Assembly: GCA_023205875.1 (NCBI GenBank)
Contig: CP060762.1
Location: 496,001-560,000 of the forward strand
Reading direction: 5' to 3'
Origin: Chloropicon primus
Lineage: Eukaryota
Length of the DNA: 64,000 bases
The position numbers were made by a program, and so were the translations under genes. Under the pieces are notes generated by a model. The model was not told where the DNA came from. It saw only the letters and a list, made by a program, of their open reading frames with translations, and did not search any database. Positions 39,614-50,900 of this stretch are shown here, piece after piece (the first letter of the stretch is position 1; every line of letters starts with the position of its first letter).

Positions 39614-42600
39614 ATGGCGTCGGCGAGGGAGGTGGGGGCGGAGAAAGTGAACTTCGGGGAGGGGCTCTTCGCGCAAGACGCGGAGGACGTGCTCGACGCG
39701 AGTGCGCTGCCTCTGGTGCTGTCGGTGTCCGAGCAGAATCTGGAACAGCTCAGTAAGGAGAGGCTGAAAGCGAGCGTTGACTATGCCCAGCGTTTCTACG
39801 TGGAGGCTCTTGACTCTTCGCCCGTGGAGGACAAGACTTTCAAGGAGCACACGTGGTGGCCAGGGCTTTTCTTCAAAACGTGGCGGACGGAGCGCGTGTT
39901 CCTCGACGGCTTTGCCAAGAGCAGCGTGAGCTTGGTGTACACTGGGTACGCCACGATGCTCATCATCAGCATATTGATCCCGCTACAAGTCTTCCTGAAA
40001 GCTGTGTTCAAGTACAACGCGCCTTGTCCTCCGGACTTGGAGTATCTCTGCAAGTGCTTCCCCTACTACTCTGGCCGCGAAGACGTGTGCTTTGAAGGGA
40101 CCACCACCGACCTGTTCATGGAGGCGATGCGCGATTACTTGACGCGCAGCCTTCCTATCTTGGCAACGATCATGGCCCTGGGGAGTTTGAGTCACTTCTT
40201 CATTCACTGGTGGGACAGGGCCCCGAAGGCCCTCGCGATGGTCCCGACCTTTGTCGCGTACCTGGTGCTTCTGGTCTTCTCTTACATCAATGGGTTGAAG
40301 CTGCAGAAGGCAAGCGATGGACGGCTGAACAGCGAGTGGGTGAATCAGTTCTTCTCCGCCTTTCTGTTAATTCTGCCGTCCTTCCTTTTCTTCTCTGGGA
40401 GTCCCCAAGTGCTACTGTACTTTGTTCTCGTGGTGATTGGTATGGCTGAATTTGGCACGATCCTCACGGAGAGTTCTCGCACGCTCGAACAATATGGATC
40501 AACCTCAGTGTACTTCGTCAGACTGCAAGCATATTTCAACCAGACTGCGTACATGATCGCCATATTTATCTTGGTAACTCTTTGCGGGGCTCTGCTTCAG
40601 GAGCTCAAAGCTCGAAAGGTGTTTCTGCAACGCGTTCTGCTCACTGACCAGCAAGAAGAAATCATCCGATACAAAACGCAGAACACGAAGCTGCAGAAAG
40701 ACCTGCTGAACAAGGTGCTTCCCTCTACGATTGTCGAGCAGCTGGAGGAAGAAAATTTTGTCATCCAGTCTTGGTCTCAGCTGAGAAACCTGTCGCAGCA
40801 TCACTCTGGAGTCTGCATCGCGTTTGCCGAGCTCGAGGGCTTTGCGACGTTCTCTTCGCAAGTGCATCCGTCGTCCGTGCTGAATTATCTTGACGATCTG
40901 TTTCTCGTGTTTGATGGTCTGTGCGACGATCACGAGGTGTACAAGGTGGAGACTGTGGGGGACCAGTATGTGGCCGCCGTCGGTGTTGTCACGGGGAAAA
41001 TGCACAACGAGAGAGTCAGCGTGAATTCTGCAGCGCTGCCAGAAAACGAGTGCAACGGTGAGTTGAGAGACGTCTCCGTGTTCAATACAGACTTGATGAT
41101 TAGCTTCGCCAAGGCCATCATGAAGGGTTCGAGGTGCGTGGAAGCTCCCGAGGCTGACGTGAAGCCTGTGTTGCGAATCGGGATCCACACGGGCCCCTGC
41201 ATGAGCGGGATCGTGGGAACAAAGACCTTCAGGTTTTGCTTGTTCGGGGATGCGATGAACACCTCGGCCAGGATGGTTCAGATTGGCCCGGCGGAATGCA
41301 TACACACCACACAGGATGTGGTTGGCCTCGTCCCTGACGAGCCCTGGGAGAAGCTGAAGAAGATGGAGGTGAAGGGCAAGGGGGTGATGCAGACGTACTT
41401 GCTTCGTTGTGATAATGCCGCACTTGCCGATCCTGAGGATCCCGCTCATGGGTGTGATATTGCCCCAGACGACTTGGATGACTTCTTCTTCTTGCGGTCT
41501 GAAGACGACTTGCGTGTGAATGAAAGCAAAGGCGAGGGTCGTAAGGACTACCAGGACATTCAACCCGTGAGCAGGCACGAGTTTAGGATGCACACCAAGT
41601 ACCTTGGTCTCTTCTTCAAGAGCTGGAATATCGAGCGGGCGTACTTGGATGGGCAAGCACGACAGGATAAGACCGCAGTCTATTTCGGCTACGCAGCCTT
41701 CGTACTCATCATGCTTTCAAACGTTCTGTTTGGATACTGTTTCCAGCAGTTCGAAGAAAGTGTGTGTTCAGAGTCGTACGACGTTTGCGTCAGTGAATTC
41801 GGGGTGCTGGCTGTGGAGACTGGCAGCGGGGTATCTTGGGAGAGCATGCAGTCAGCATCAATACTGAATTTGAGTCCTCTGTGCGCTGGACTCGTCTTCG
41901 CTCTCCCGGTTATGGGCGTCGGGAGTCACTTTGCCATTCACAGGCTCGTGCAGGAAAAGTGGTGGGCCTCGGTCTGCTCTCTCGCAGTCTACATTCTCCT
42001 GATGCTGTTCTTGTGCCTCAACGCATTCTTCTGGGGGAAGCGCCCCCTTGACAACAAAGAATGGACTTTAAACGTTTTCTTTTCCGTTCTGGTGTGCTCC
42101 ACGCTCTTGACTTTTTTTGGTGGCGTCGCATGCCTAGGGTGCCTCACGTGGTGGCTCTGCTGCTTTCTCCTCGTGTACACCTTGGGTCCTATCACCGTTC
42201 AAAACGACATGGCGGCCGGGGCTGAGGAGAACGTCTTTGCGCCGATTGCTGCTGGGAGCAACTTTGCTGCTTCCGCCACGGCCTTGGTCATGTATGGCAT
42301 CCTCCTACTCATCGGGGCTTACCTTCGAGACATCGCGAGCCGAAGGAGGTTTTTGCAGGGCGTTATGTCTCGGCGTCAGCAGAATCAGATATTGCAAGAG
42401 AAAATTAAGGCCGAGACCATGACGAGGATTTTCCTGGAGAGTATTCTACCTCCTCGTGTTGTGGAGCAAATGAAACGAATCAAGAGATCGCTAGGACAAC
42501 CATCGTGTCTGTCCCAAAGGCATTTTGGCGTCTCAATCTTGTACGCTGACCTGGTCGGCTTCACGGAGTTTTGCAGGCGAGTCGACCCTTTCACGGTCCT

Positions 42601-43111
42601 AGTGTTTCTCAACGACTTGTTCGTCATCTTTGACCAGCTCTGCGACGACTTCAACGTGTACAAGGTCGAGACTGTGGGAGACTGTTACGTGGCAACAGTG
42701 GGCGTTGTGTCTGGGGAGTTGAATGGCAACAAACTCGATGGACCAGAGTCCCCGAATGTTCACGGTGCTGAAAACACCATTGACATGATCGGATTCGCAA
42801 AGGCCGTGGTGTGGGGATCGAGGGAGATCACGAAGCCAGTTGTCAACACCCCCGCGACGTTGCGCGTGGGCGTGCACACAGGCTCGTGCATCAGCGGAGT
42901 CATCGGGACAAAAGTGCCAAAATTCTCGATCCTGGGCGATGACGTGGCCCTGGCCGCCTTGATGGAGAAGAAGGGGAAGCCTGACCACATCCACGCCTCT
43001 GAGAGCGTCGTCGCTCTTGTTCCTAATGAGGCTTGGGAGAAGCACACACTTGTCGTCGATAGCGCCGATGGCCGAGAGCGCGTCGTCGAGACGTTTCTCT
43101 TGAGCGTGTAG
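39614..43111 (+). CDS. Membrane class III nucleotidyl cyclase with two TM+catalytic repeats, predicted guanylyl cyclase
   Basis: Two multi-TM regions, each followed by a cyclase domain (VYKVETVGD twice; RIGIHTG and RVGVHTG). The first domain has RFCLFGDAMNTSARM and KGKG. Confidence 0.92.
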   Translation: MASAREVGAEKVNFGEGLFAQDAEDVLDASALPLVLSVSEQNLEQLSKERLKASVDYAQRFYVEALDSSPVEDKTFKEHTWWPGLFFKTWRTERVFLDGFAKSSVSLVYTGYATMLIISILIPLQVFLKAVFKYNAPCPPDLEYLCKCFPYYSGREDVCFEGTTTDLFMEAMRDYLTRSLPILATIMALGSLSHFFIHWWDRAPKALAMVPTFVAYLVLLVFSYINGLKLQKASDGRLNSEWVNQFFSAFLLILPSFLFFSGSPQVLLYFVLVVIGMAEFGTILTESSRTLEQYGSTSVYFVRLQAYFNQTAYMIAIFILVTLCGALLQELKARKVFLQRVLLTDQQEEIIRYKTQNTKLQKDLLNKVLPSTIVEQLEEENFVIQSWSQLRNLSQHHSGVCIAFAELEGFATFSSQVHPSSVLNYLDDLFLVFDGLCDDHEVYKVETVGDQYVAAVGVVTGKMHNERVSVNSAALPENECNGELRDVSVFNTDLMISFAKAIMKGSRCVEAPEADVKPVLRIGIHTGPCMSGIVGTKTFRFCLFGDAMNTSARMVQIGPAECIHTTQDVVGLVPDEPWEKLKKMEVKGKGVMQTYLLRCDNAALADPEDPAHGCDIAPDDLDDFFFLRSEDDLRVNESKGEGRKDYQDIQPVSRHEFRMHTKYLGLFFKSWNIERAYLDGQARQDKTAVYFGYAAFVLIMLSNVLFGYCFQQFEESVCSESYDVCVSEFGVLAVETGSGVSWESMQSASILNLSPLCAGLVFALPVMGVGSHFAIHRLVQEKWWASVCSLAVYILLMLFLCLNAFFWGKRPLDNKEWTLNVFFSVLVCSTLLTFFGGVACLGCLTWWLCCFLLVYTLGPITVQNDMAAGAEENVFAPIAAGSNFAASATALVMYGILLLIGAYLRDIASRRRFLQGVMSRRQQNQILQEKIKAETMTRIFLESILPPRVVEQMKRIKRSLGQPSCLSQRHFGVSILYADLVGFTEFCRRVDPFTVLVFLNDLFVIFDQLCDDFNVYKVETVGDCYVATVGVVSGELNGNKLDGPESPNVHGAENTIDMIGFAKAVVWGSREITKPVVNTPATLRVGVHTGSCISGVIGTKVPKFSILGDDVALAALMEKKGKPDHIHASESVVALVPNEAWEKHTLVVDSADGRERVVETFLLSV

Positions 43112-43302
43112 AAGCAACTACTAAATTGTTGAATTGTGTTTTTCCTTGTCAAAGAGAAGACGCGCCTCGTATGAAAATAAGTAACCGTCGTCTATAAAGT
43201 GCATTAGGGATTAGAATGTTTTCCCGCCATATAAGTTAGGCTCAGCACTCGGGCAGCAAGCCCCGACTGCATTGCTGCTGGCACGAGTGAGAGCGGATAA
43301 TA

Positions 43303-44973
43303 CTACAAAAGGTTTTGACGCAGCCTCTGAAGGATCGCTTGTGAGCAGTTGTATCCAGGCGCCCCGCTCACGCCGCCACCGGGATGCGCGCCACTCCCGC
43401 ACAAGAAAAGGTTCCCGATCGGCATCTGGTAGGACGAGAACTTTGGGACAGGCCGTTGGTGAAAGAGCTGGTGGAGGCTCAAAGCACCGTGAAAGATGTT
43501 GCCCTGATGGATGCCGAAGACCTCTTCCAAGTCCTTGGGCGTCAGGGCGTCGACACACAAGATGGACTCGGTAAAGCCCGGCGAAAACTTCTCGATTCGC
43601 TTCAAGACCCGATCCACGAGCGCCGCCCTGTCACAGGAGTACGGAACGTATTGTACAAAGAGCTGCACGACATGGCAACCCTCCGGAGAGATCGTTTTGT
43701 CCAAGCTGCTCGGGATCGTCATCTCGATGACTGGTTGCTCGGGCAGCAAGCCCCGACTGCATTGCTGCCAAGCGAGTTCCAGCTCTTGCACGGAATGCTC
43801 GAAGTGAATCGTGCCACGGTGCTCTGGGCCCGGGTTGCCCTCGCCCCCGAAATAGGGAAGGCCCCTCACGGCAAGGTTGACTTTTGCTGCGCCGCAAGAG
43901 AAGTCGATCCTCTCGACCTGGTTCACAAACGATCCGAGTCCATCGAAAGGCTCGCCGGTGTCCCTCTGATCGATCAATCCCACGAAAGTCGTGTAAGGGT
44001 CGCAACCGGAGCAGACGACCCGAGCTCGGTGCTCGGTGCCATCCTCAAGGACCACTCCAGAAGCTTTCGCGTCGCTTCCCGAGCCCTCGAGGGAGATTTT
44101 CTTGACTCTTGAGTTGATCGCTATCGTGGCCCCAGCATCCGATGCAGACTTCGCGAGCGCCTGCGTGATTGCTCCCATGCCGCCCTCTGCGTAGCACCAC
44201 GAGCTCTGCCCAACGTTCCCGTCCCCGGAGTACTGCAGGGCTTCCCCCATCACGTGGTGGAGCAACACGTACCCGCTCCCCGGCTGCGATGGGGGAATCA
44301 TCGAACCGATGATTGCGTCCGTGCACAACGTCGCCTTCAGCACGTCGGATTCGAACCACTCGTCCAGCAGGACCTTTGCAGGGCAGGTGAACAACCTCGA
44401 AACGTCCAGCGCAGAAAAGTTGTGGCTTCGCTTGCCGGGAGCAAACGCTCGCATGCTCTTCACGATCCTCTTCCCCGCCTCCCACCTCTCCGCCATCGTC
44501 GACCTGTCGTCGAAGAGGTCTGGGGGAGCTCCGTCCAGCAAGGGCACTATCGCGTCCTTCGCCGTGTTCAAGAAGGCCTCGTACCTCTCGAAGTTCCTCG
44601 CGTCCTTCCCCGAGCACACTCTTGCGATGGAGGCCTTCGTCTTCTCCTCGTCGGACCAAAGCGTCAACCCCTCCGCACCGGGTGTGAGGCTCGGCGTGTA
44701 CGAGTAGGGGTCCCGGCCGATCAGCTTCAAGCCATAACGCTCGACCAGCCCGAGCTCGTGAACGATGTGGGGGCGGAGCAGCCCCGCCAAGTAGCTTGCT
44801 CGAGAGAACTTGAAGTTCCCCACGCCCTCCAAGTCGAAAGATTCAGTCACAGCGCACCCACCGACAACGTGCCTTCTCTCCAGCACGAGAACGCTCAACC
44901 CGGCTCTGGCCAGGTAGCTGGCACAAGTCAGTGCGTTGTGCCCAGCACCCACAATGATCACGTCCCTCATCAT
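43303..44973 (-). CDS. PYROXD2: FAD-dependent oxidoreductase, PYROXD2 / phytoene-dehydrogenase-like family
   Basis: IIVGAGHNAL, FKFSRASY, GSGYVLLHHVMG, EGGMGAI, IEMTIPSSLD, GNIFHGAL, CGSGAHPGGGV. Confidence 0.9.
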   Translation of the reverse strand: MMRDVIIVGAGHNALTCASYLARAGLSVLVLERRHVVGGCAVTESFDLEGVGNFKFSRASYLAGLLRPHIVHELGLVERYGLKLIGRDPYSYTPSLTPGAEGLTLWSDEEKTKASIARVCSGKDARNFERYEAFLNTAKDAIVPLLDGAPPDLFDDRSTMAERWEAGKRIVKSMRAFAPGKRSHNFSALDVSRLFTCPAKVLLDEWFESDVLKATLCTDAIIGSMIPPSQPGSGYVLLHHVMGEALQYSGDGNVGQSSWCYAEGGMGAITQALAKSASDAGATIAINSRVKKISLEGSGSDAKASGVVLEDGTEHRARVVCSGCDPYTTFVGLIDQRDTGEPFDGLGSFVNQVERIDFSCGAAKVNLAVRGLPYFGGEGNPGPEHRGTIHFEHSVQELELAWQQCSRGLLPEQPVIEMTIPSSLDKTISPEGCHVVQLFVQYVPYSCDRAALVDRVLKRIEKFSPGFTESILCVDALTPKDLEEVFGIHQGNIFHGALSLHQLFHQRPVPKFSSYQMPIGNLFLCGSGAHPGGGVSGAPGYNCSQAILQRLRQNLL

Positions 44974-45590
44974 CCTCAACCAGACTCAAACTATCGCCAA
45001 GGAGAGAAAGGACACAAACTCTCGTCACCGACCCCTCACGCTGCTTTCACGGCCGAGCGCCCACGAAATTGAAAGCTCGCGATTCAAAGAACCCATCCAT
45101 CTGCGCTCCACTCCGCCACTCCTTCCCTCGCCCTCGCTTTCGCCCTCCACTGATCATCCCCACATCAGCAGAGCAGCAGCGGAGGAGAGCATCGATACGC
45201 ATACGAGACGAGGAGTTACGAGGAGGGCAGCGAGTGAAACCCATGCAGCAGCACAAGAGAGAGAGAGGAACTTGCAGGAGCATAGGATGAAGATGGGAAA
45301 GGGGACAGAGAAACTACAATCCAAGGATGGACTCTTGCTTGCTCTCCACTGCTTTCGATGGAGAGGACAAATCCTCCTGATCCCTGACGAGGAGGAGGAG
45401 GAGGAGGAGGGAAGGGAGGAGGAGAACCTGTCTTGGATTGGGATTGGGGTGGCCTTCCATGGACGCACTCACTCTCATTGTTTCTCCACCTCCATCTTGG
45501 CTTGGGTTTCATGCAGCAGCACAAGAGACAGAGAGAGGGATGGGAATTGGTTTGGGGAGCCGTGGAGGCACTACACCAGAGAGTTCGGAG

Positions 45591-47648
45591 TTACTTAAAT
45601 TTATTCAAGTATTGTTCAGGTGTTCCTTGAAAGATTCCGGCTTTGCCAGCTTCGACCAACAAGATGTCGCGTGCAACTGATTTGATCAACGCTCTGTCGT
45701 GGGTGCAGATGACGACACCGCCGTCGAAATTGGCAAGCGCTTCACCAAGAGCTTCGATGCTCTCCATGTCAAGATGGTTGGTAGGCTCATCCAAGACCAA
45801 CAGGTGGGGATCTCTCAAAGCGCCGGCAGACATGGCCACTCTCACCCTTTGACCCCCCGAGAGCTCCTTGAGCGGCCTTAGTGCTTCTGCGCCGATGATG
45901 CCAAACCTCCCCAGGTGCTGCCTGAGCTCAGGCACTCCCTTGGTGGTCTCCTTCATCAAGAGCTCGACCGGATTGATCGAAAGCTCCGAGAGAATCTCGC
46001 TGCTTTGCTGATTCATGAAGAAAAGGCGCCAGCCTTGCATTCTCTTCACTTCCCCTCGGGTTGGTTTCAGGTCCCCAAGGAGCAATTTCAACAAAGTGGT
46101 CTTGCCTTGGCCATTCTCGCCGCAAATTGCAATCCTGCACTTTTGGTGTATACCGAACTCGCCAGCAGAAAGCACAAACGCGGAAGACTGAGGATCACCG
46201 TACCGGAATGAAGGACGGCGCAGCTCGAAAACTTTCTCGCCCTCATCATCGCTGGTCTCGTCCGCTTGCTTGAACCCAAACCCAAGCTGAGGACTTGGTG
46301 CAATCAATGTGAAGTCAGATTGGCTGCTGGGACCGTTGCGAAAAAGAATGCGAGAATCTCCGAAGCACTTACTTTTTTTTGGCATGAGTAGCAGCGCTCA
46401 TCCTCTTCTTCCCGTTCCTTCCCTTGATCCAACCCCCATCATTGTTGTTGTCCGCACCTATTCGAACGCCATGCTTCTGTGCGTTCCACTTCTTACCATC
46501 AGCTGTCTTCTCCAAGCCTGTCCTGCCGAGCTTCTTGGAGAGCGCAGCAACCCTGTTGCCTGCTTTCTCCGACCCCGACCCCGCGGCAAGCTCTGCTTGC
46601 TTCCTGATCTGCTTCTCCAAGGCCTTCTTCTTGCTGTCCAAATTCTTCTGCATAACGGCTGTGCTGGTGGCGCGCTTGGCCTTGGCCTCCTCAAACTTGG
46701 CGAGCCTGTTTTCAGAGGCACACACACACACAAGTGAGAGAGAGAAAGAGAAAGAGTCAGCGGGAGTACTGAGGGAGGGAACGACGTCGTGAGAAAATGG
46801 AAGCCCTACCCCATGTTTGCATAATCCAGTCGCTGGTCAGCCATCTCGATGATGTCTGTGGCGACGACCTCGGCAAACGCCCGGTCGTGGGTGACGAAGA
46901 TCAGGGACTCGCCCCTGTACCTCTTGATGAGGAACTTCTCCAACCACGTGGTGGCCCGCAGGTCCAGGTGGTTCGTGGGCTCGTCGAGGAGGAGGATCTG
47001 CGGACGCTCGATGAGCGCGCAGGCCAAGCCGACCCTAGCCCTCCACCCACCCGACAGGGACGAGATGGTGGCATTTTCCTTGCCACCCCTGAAGCCAAGG
47101 CCCTTGAGGAGCACCCTGACCTCCTCCTCCCTGCTGACGGCCTCCCCCTCGAGATCGTCCAGGAGGTCATAGATCTCGCAGAGCCTCTCGCAAGCCTCCT
47201 CCGCGTCCATGGCATCCTCCTCGCTCCTCATCGACCCGCTCCGCTCGAGCTCCGCAGCCTCGGCCCGAAGGGCCTCCAGTCGCCTCATGGCACGGCGCAT
47301 CACGTACGAGGCGACAGCCTCCTCCTCCCGAGCATCACTCATGCACCTCAGCTCCTGGTCGAAGAGGTACGTCGTGACATCCTCTGGAAACTCCTCGAGA
47401 CCATTGTCTCGATGAGCAATCGCCTTGAGGAGCGTCGACTTGCCAACGCCGTTCCTGCCAGACAAAAAGTACCTGGACCCTAGCTTGATCACGAGGTTCT
47501 GCTCCTGATGAACATAACAAGCTTTTTGGTGCATCGGCCAGTTCCTGCTCGGTTGCAGCAAGGCCTTGAGCTCCCTCTTCGGCTCCAACGGAGACGCGCC
47601 GTTCCCAAGGCCAGCGGTCAGCTCATGCGTCGGACAGTTGCACAACAT
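45591..47648 (-). CDS. ABC-F family ATPase (two NBDs, no TM); inferred introns 46706-46809 and 46294-46372; start uncertain
   Basis: NBD1: GRNGVGKST, LSGGW, LLLDEPTNHLD. NBD2: GENGQGKTT, LSGGQ, LDEPTNHLD. Three ORFs join in frame through GTAGGG...AACAG and GTAAGT...CCAAG introns, each with a CTGAC. Confidence 0.88.
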
Positions 47649-47918
47649 CTCTCCTCCAAGGGTGCGCTCGCAGTCACCTAGCGAGCGTTACGTTCGCGCC
47701 GCTCGTTCTCTCTCTCTCTCCTTTTAGGGTTTTCACAGAGGAAACCTGCAGCGCTTGATCACCAGAATCGATCGATCGATCGGCGCCATAGCGGAGAGAG
47801 GAGGGGAGAGAGGAGGAGCGGAGAGAGGAGAGGAGGACGAGGACGAGGACGTTCGTGCGTTGCTGTCTTTTTTTTTATCTTTCGTTCTTTCTTTGTTTTA
47901 TTGGCTTGGCTTATTTAA

Positions 47919-50900
47919 ATGGAGACGCGTGCGAGCGGAAGGAAAGAGAAACACAGCAGCAGCAAGAAGGGCGTCGTCGTGTCTCGAGGGGACGAGAAGA
48001 AGAAGAGCAAGAAGGGGAGCACAAGCGGAGGAGGGGGAGCGGGGAAGAGGAGCAAGGCGAAGGGGAAGAAGCGAGGGAGGGAGGTGGGGATGGACAAGGG
48101 TGGGGAGGGTTCGGGTGGTCGCGCACCGGAGGCCATGGACACGGACGAGGTGGACGACGTGGGGGAGGGGAGTGCGAGGGGAGGGGCGAGCACGAGCGCT
48201 TTGAGTCACCACAGCGCCCTCCAGGGGCTCCTGAAGAAGCTAGGGGCGGGGTTGGAGGATTTGCTTCCGACGACGGGGGGCTCGGGGTCCGAAGGGCCTC
48301 ACGGTCTCTTCGGGGGTCCCGGGGGCCTGTTCGGGGGGGGGTCCTCCCTGTCGCATAGGCTGAAGCCCGTGCTGATCGGCTTGAAGAGCTTTGACGACGA
48401 GCAGAGGCAGCTTGGAGCGCTGACGGAGCTCTGCGACGTATTGACCGTGAGCTCGGAGGAAGTTTTGGTCGCCAGCTTCTCCTGCGAGGCTTTCTTGCCT
48501 CCTCTGGTGGACTTGTTGAGGTGCGAGCACAACCCGGACGTGGCCCTCTTCGCGGGGAGGGCCCTCACCACGCTGGCCGACCTCATGCCGCCCCGAATGG
48601 CTGTAGCAGGGATGCTGAGACTAGGAGCCGCGGACGCTTTTTGCGCCAAGCTCATGTGCGTGGAGTACATTGACGTGGCCGAGCAGAGCCTGCAGGCGCT
48701 GGAGAAGATAACTTCGGCGGGGGAGGAGCACGCTGGGCTGTGCATGCGCTCGGGGGGCGTGCAGGCCGTGCTCAGCTTCTTGGATTTCTTTCAGACGGGG
48801 GTGCAGAGGGTGGCGGTGAAGACGGCGGCGAACATGCTGGCGTGCGTGTCGTCCAAGCAGGACGTTGTCATGATAAAGGACGCCCTGCCCATCCTGGTCA
48901 ACCTCCTGTCGTACGGCGACGACAAGATCGTCGAGCACGCTTTCCTTGGACTCGCGAGGGCCCTCAAAGCGATTTGCTCCTGCATGGCCCGCTCCAAGCA
49001 GGGGGACGCCTTGAGAGACGAGTACACCTCCACCATTCTGTCGACCAAGATGCTTGACGAGATGTCAAAGCTGCTTCAGGTGTCAGAGTACGGCTCGATA
49101 AACTCCAGCCTGAGCACGTCCTCGTACTACGAGGCCGTCAGAAGCCTGGAAAAGTGCTGCAGCGAATCCGCCCTGCTGGCAGAGAGACTCTTGGAGCTCG
49201 ACGTCCCGGTGACTTGCATGAGACTACTCCAGACCTCAACGATGGGGTCCGCCTCGAGCACGGGGACCACCCCTATGACGTCCCCGAAGGGGGTTCCGAC
49301 GCCTTCTTCGACGGTGTCCCCCATGGTCTCCCCGAGCATAAGGTCGACTGAGAACACGATCTCCATCCTCAAGCTGGTGGACGCCATGCTTCCCGAGGTC
49401 CCGGAGAACGCGAGGGCCTTGGGGGTGGACAGCAAGCAGCTTTCTTTCAGCAGCTCCCCGGTGCCAACCATTCAGCCGGACATCGTGGAGGGGAAGGCCT
49501 GCAGAGTTTTGCTCCCCACCTTGTTCGCGATGGTGAGCTCGACCCTGGCCTACCAGATGAAGCACGTCTGCTTGTCTTGCATGAAGAAACTCCTTGTGTC
49601 CACAAGCTCTGACGGTTTGAAGGACATGCTGAGGGATCTCCCTGCTTCAAGCACTGTGGTGGGACTCCTTGCCAGCAAGGACTGCGCTGTGCGACTGGAT
49701 GCGATCTTCATGGCCAGCGTTCTGTTGGACAAGCTTCCCGACATCTTCATACGCTATTTCATGAAGGAGGGCGTGATGTTCAGCGTCAACAGGATTGTCG
49801 AAGAAGCAGAAGCCAGCGGCGTTCCGGAGTTTACTTTGGAAGACATGGTCGAGGAGGATGCTCCCACTACGAGCGGGCTAGGATTGGGCAGAGGCAGGTT
49901 GGGGCAGTCCGATGCTTTCGTCACACCAACAAGTACGTTGGAGACAAAGGTTTTGCAGGCCGCAAAAGAATTCCACTCCAAGTATGTCAAGGTGAGCGCG
50001 GAGTTCGGCATCAATTCGGAGGCCTTGCCTGAGGAGATGGAGGCCCTGCAGAAATTGGCGGGGAAAATTGAGAGCGGCGACTGTGGTGCGCTCTCAGCCT
50101 TCCTTGATCTGGTCCTCGCGGAGAACGGGGGCTTGTCGTCCTTTGAGCTCGTTCACGCGGGGTTGGAAAAGGCTTTGCTTGCCTACTTTCGTGGGGCAGA
50201 TGGCGAGGTGTGCTACGAGCGGATGAGCAAATTTGCCGAATGCTTCTCCGTCAGGGGGGACTCGGAGGACATTTTCAAGATGCTCTTGAAGCGCCTGCAT
50301 GAGATTGTGTCGTCAAGGGAGAAACTTCCCGTTCTGGCGTGCAAGTCTAGGCCTCCGCAATCATCGTCGATGAGATACCTCTTCCTCGAGCGAAGCCAGC
50401 CTTCTGATCGTTCCAACGAAGCCAATGGCTTTGCGGCTTTGGCACATCCCTTCAAGCTCCGCTTTGTGAGAGCCCAGGAGGAAAAGAAGCTTCGGGACTA
50501 TTCCTCAAACGTGGTCCTTGTGGAGCCACTCTCAACCTTCGAAGTCATCGAAGACTTTCTCAGAACGCGTGTTGAGCCTCCTCAGCGAAGCTCGGACGCC
50601 TTCAAGGCGAGGTCTCGCTCCTCTTTTGGGGATGACAAGCAGTCTTCCTCCAAGTCGAGCATTCTGACGAGGTCAAAGATGAAGCAGAAGAAGCAGGAGG
50701 AGGAGCAGCAGAAGAAGCTTTCTGACGACAAGCCAAGGAGGGTCACCCGGTCTGCAACAAAGCAGATGATGAGTGATGGGGCTGCACCCGAGGATGACGA
50801 CGATGAGGAAGAAGAAAAGTATCACAGCATGGACGAGGAGGAAATGCATGGCGGCTCTCACATGGAGGACGACCATCCGGATCTAGAAATGGAAGACGAG

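Noticed and set aside
13244..43111. P4-ATPase-guanylyl cyclase fusion as in alveolates
   Set aside because: The two genes are more than 22 kb apart with many genes between them, and each has its own start and stop.
45242..45540. Short duplication CATGCAGCAGCACAAGAGA at about 45242 and 45510
   Set aside because: It is short and partly low-complexity, with no associated structure.
45591..47648. ABCF as a frameshifted pseudogene
   Set aside because: Two GT-AG introns with branch points restore a continuous frame.
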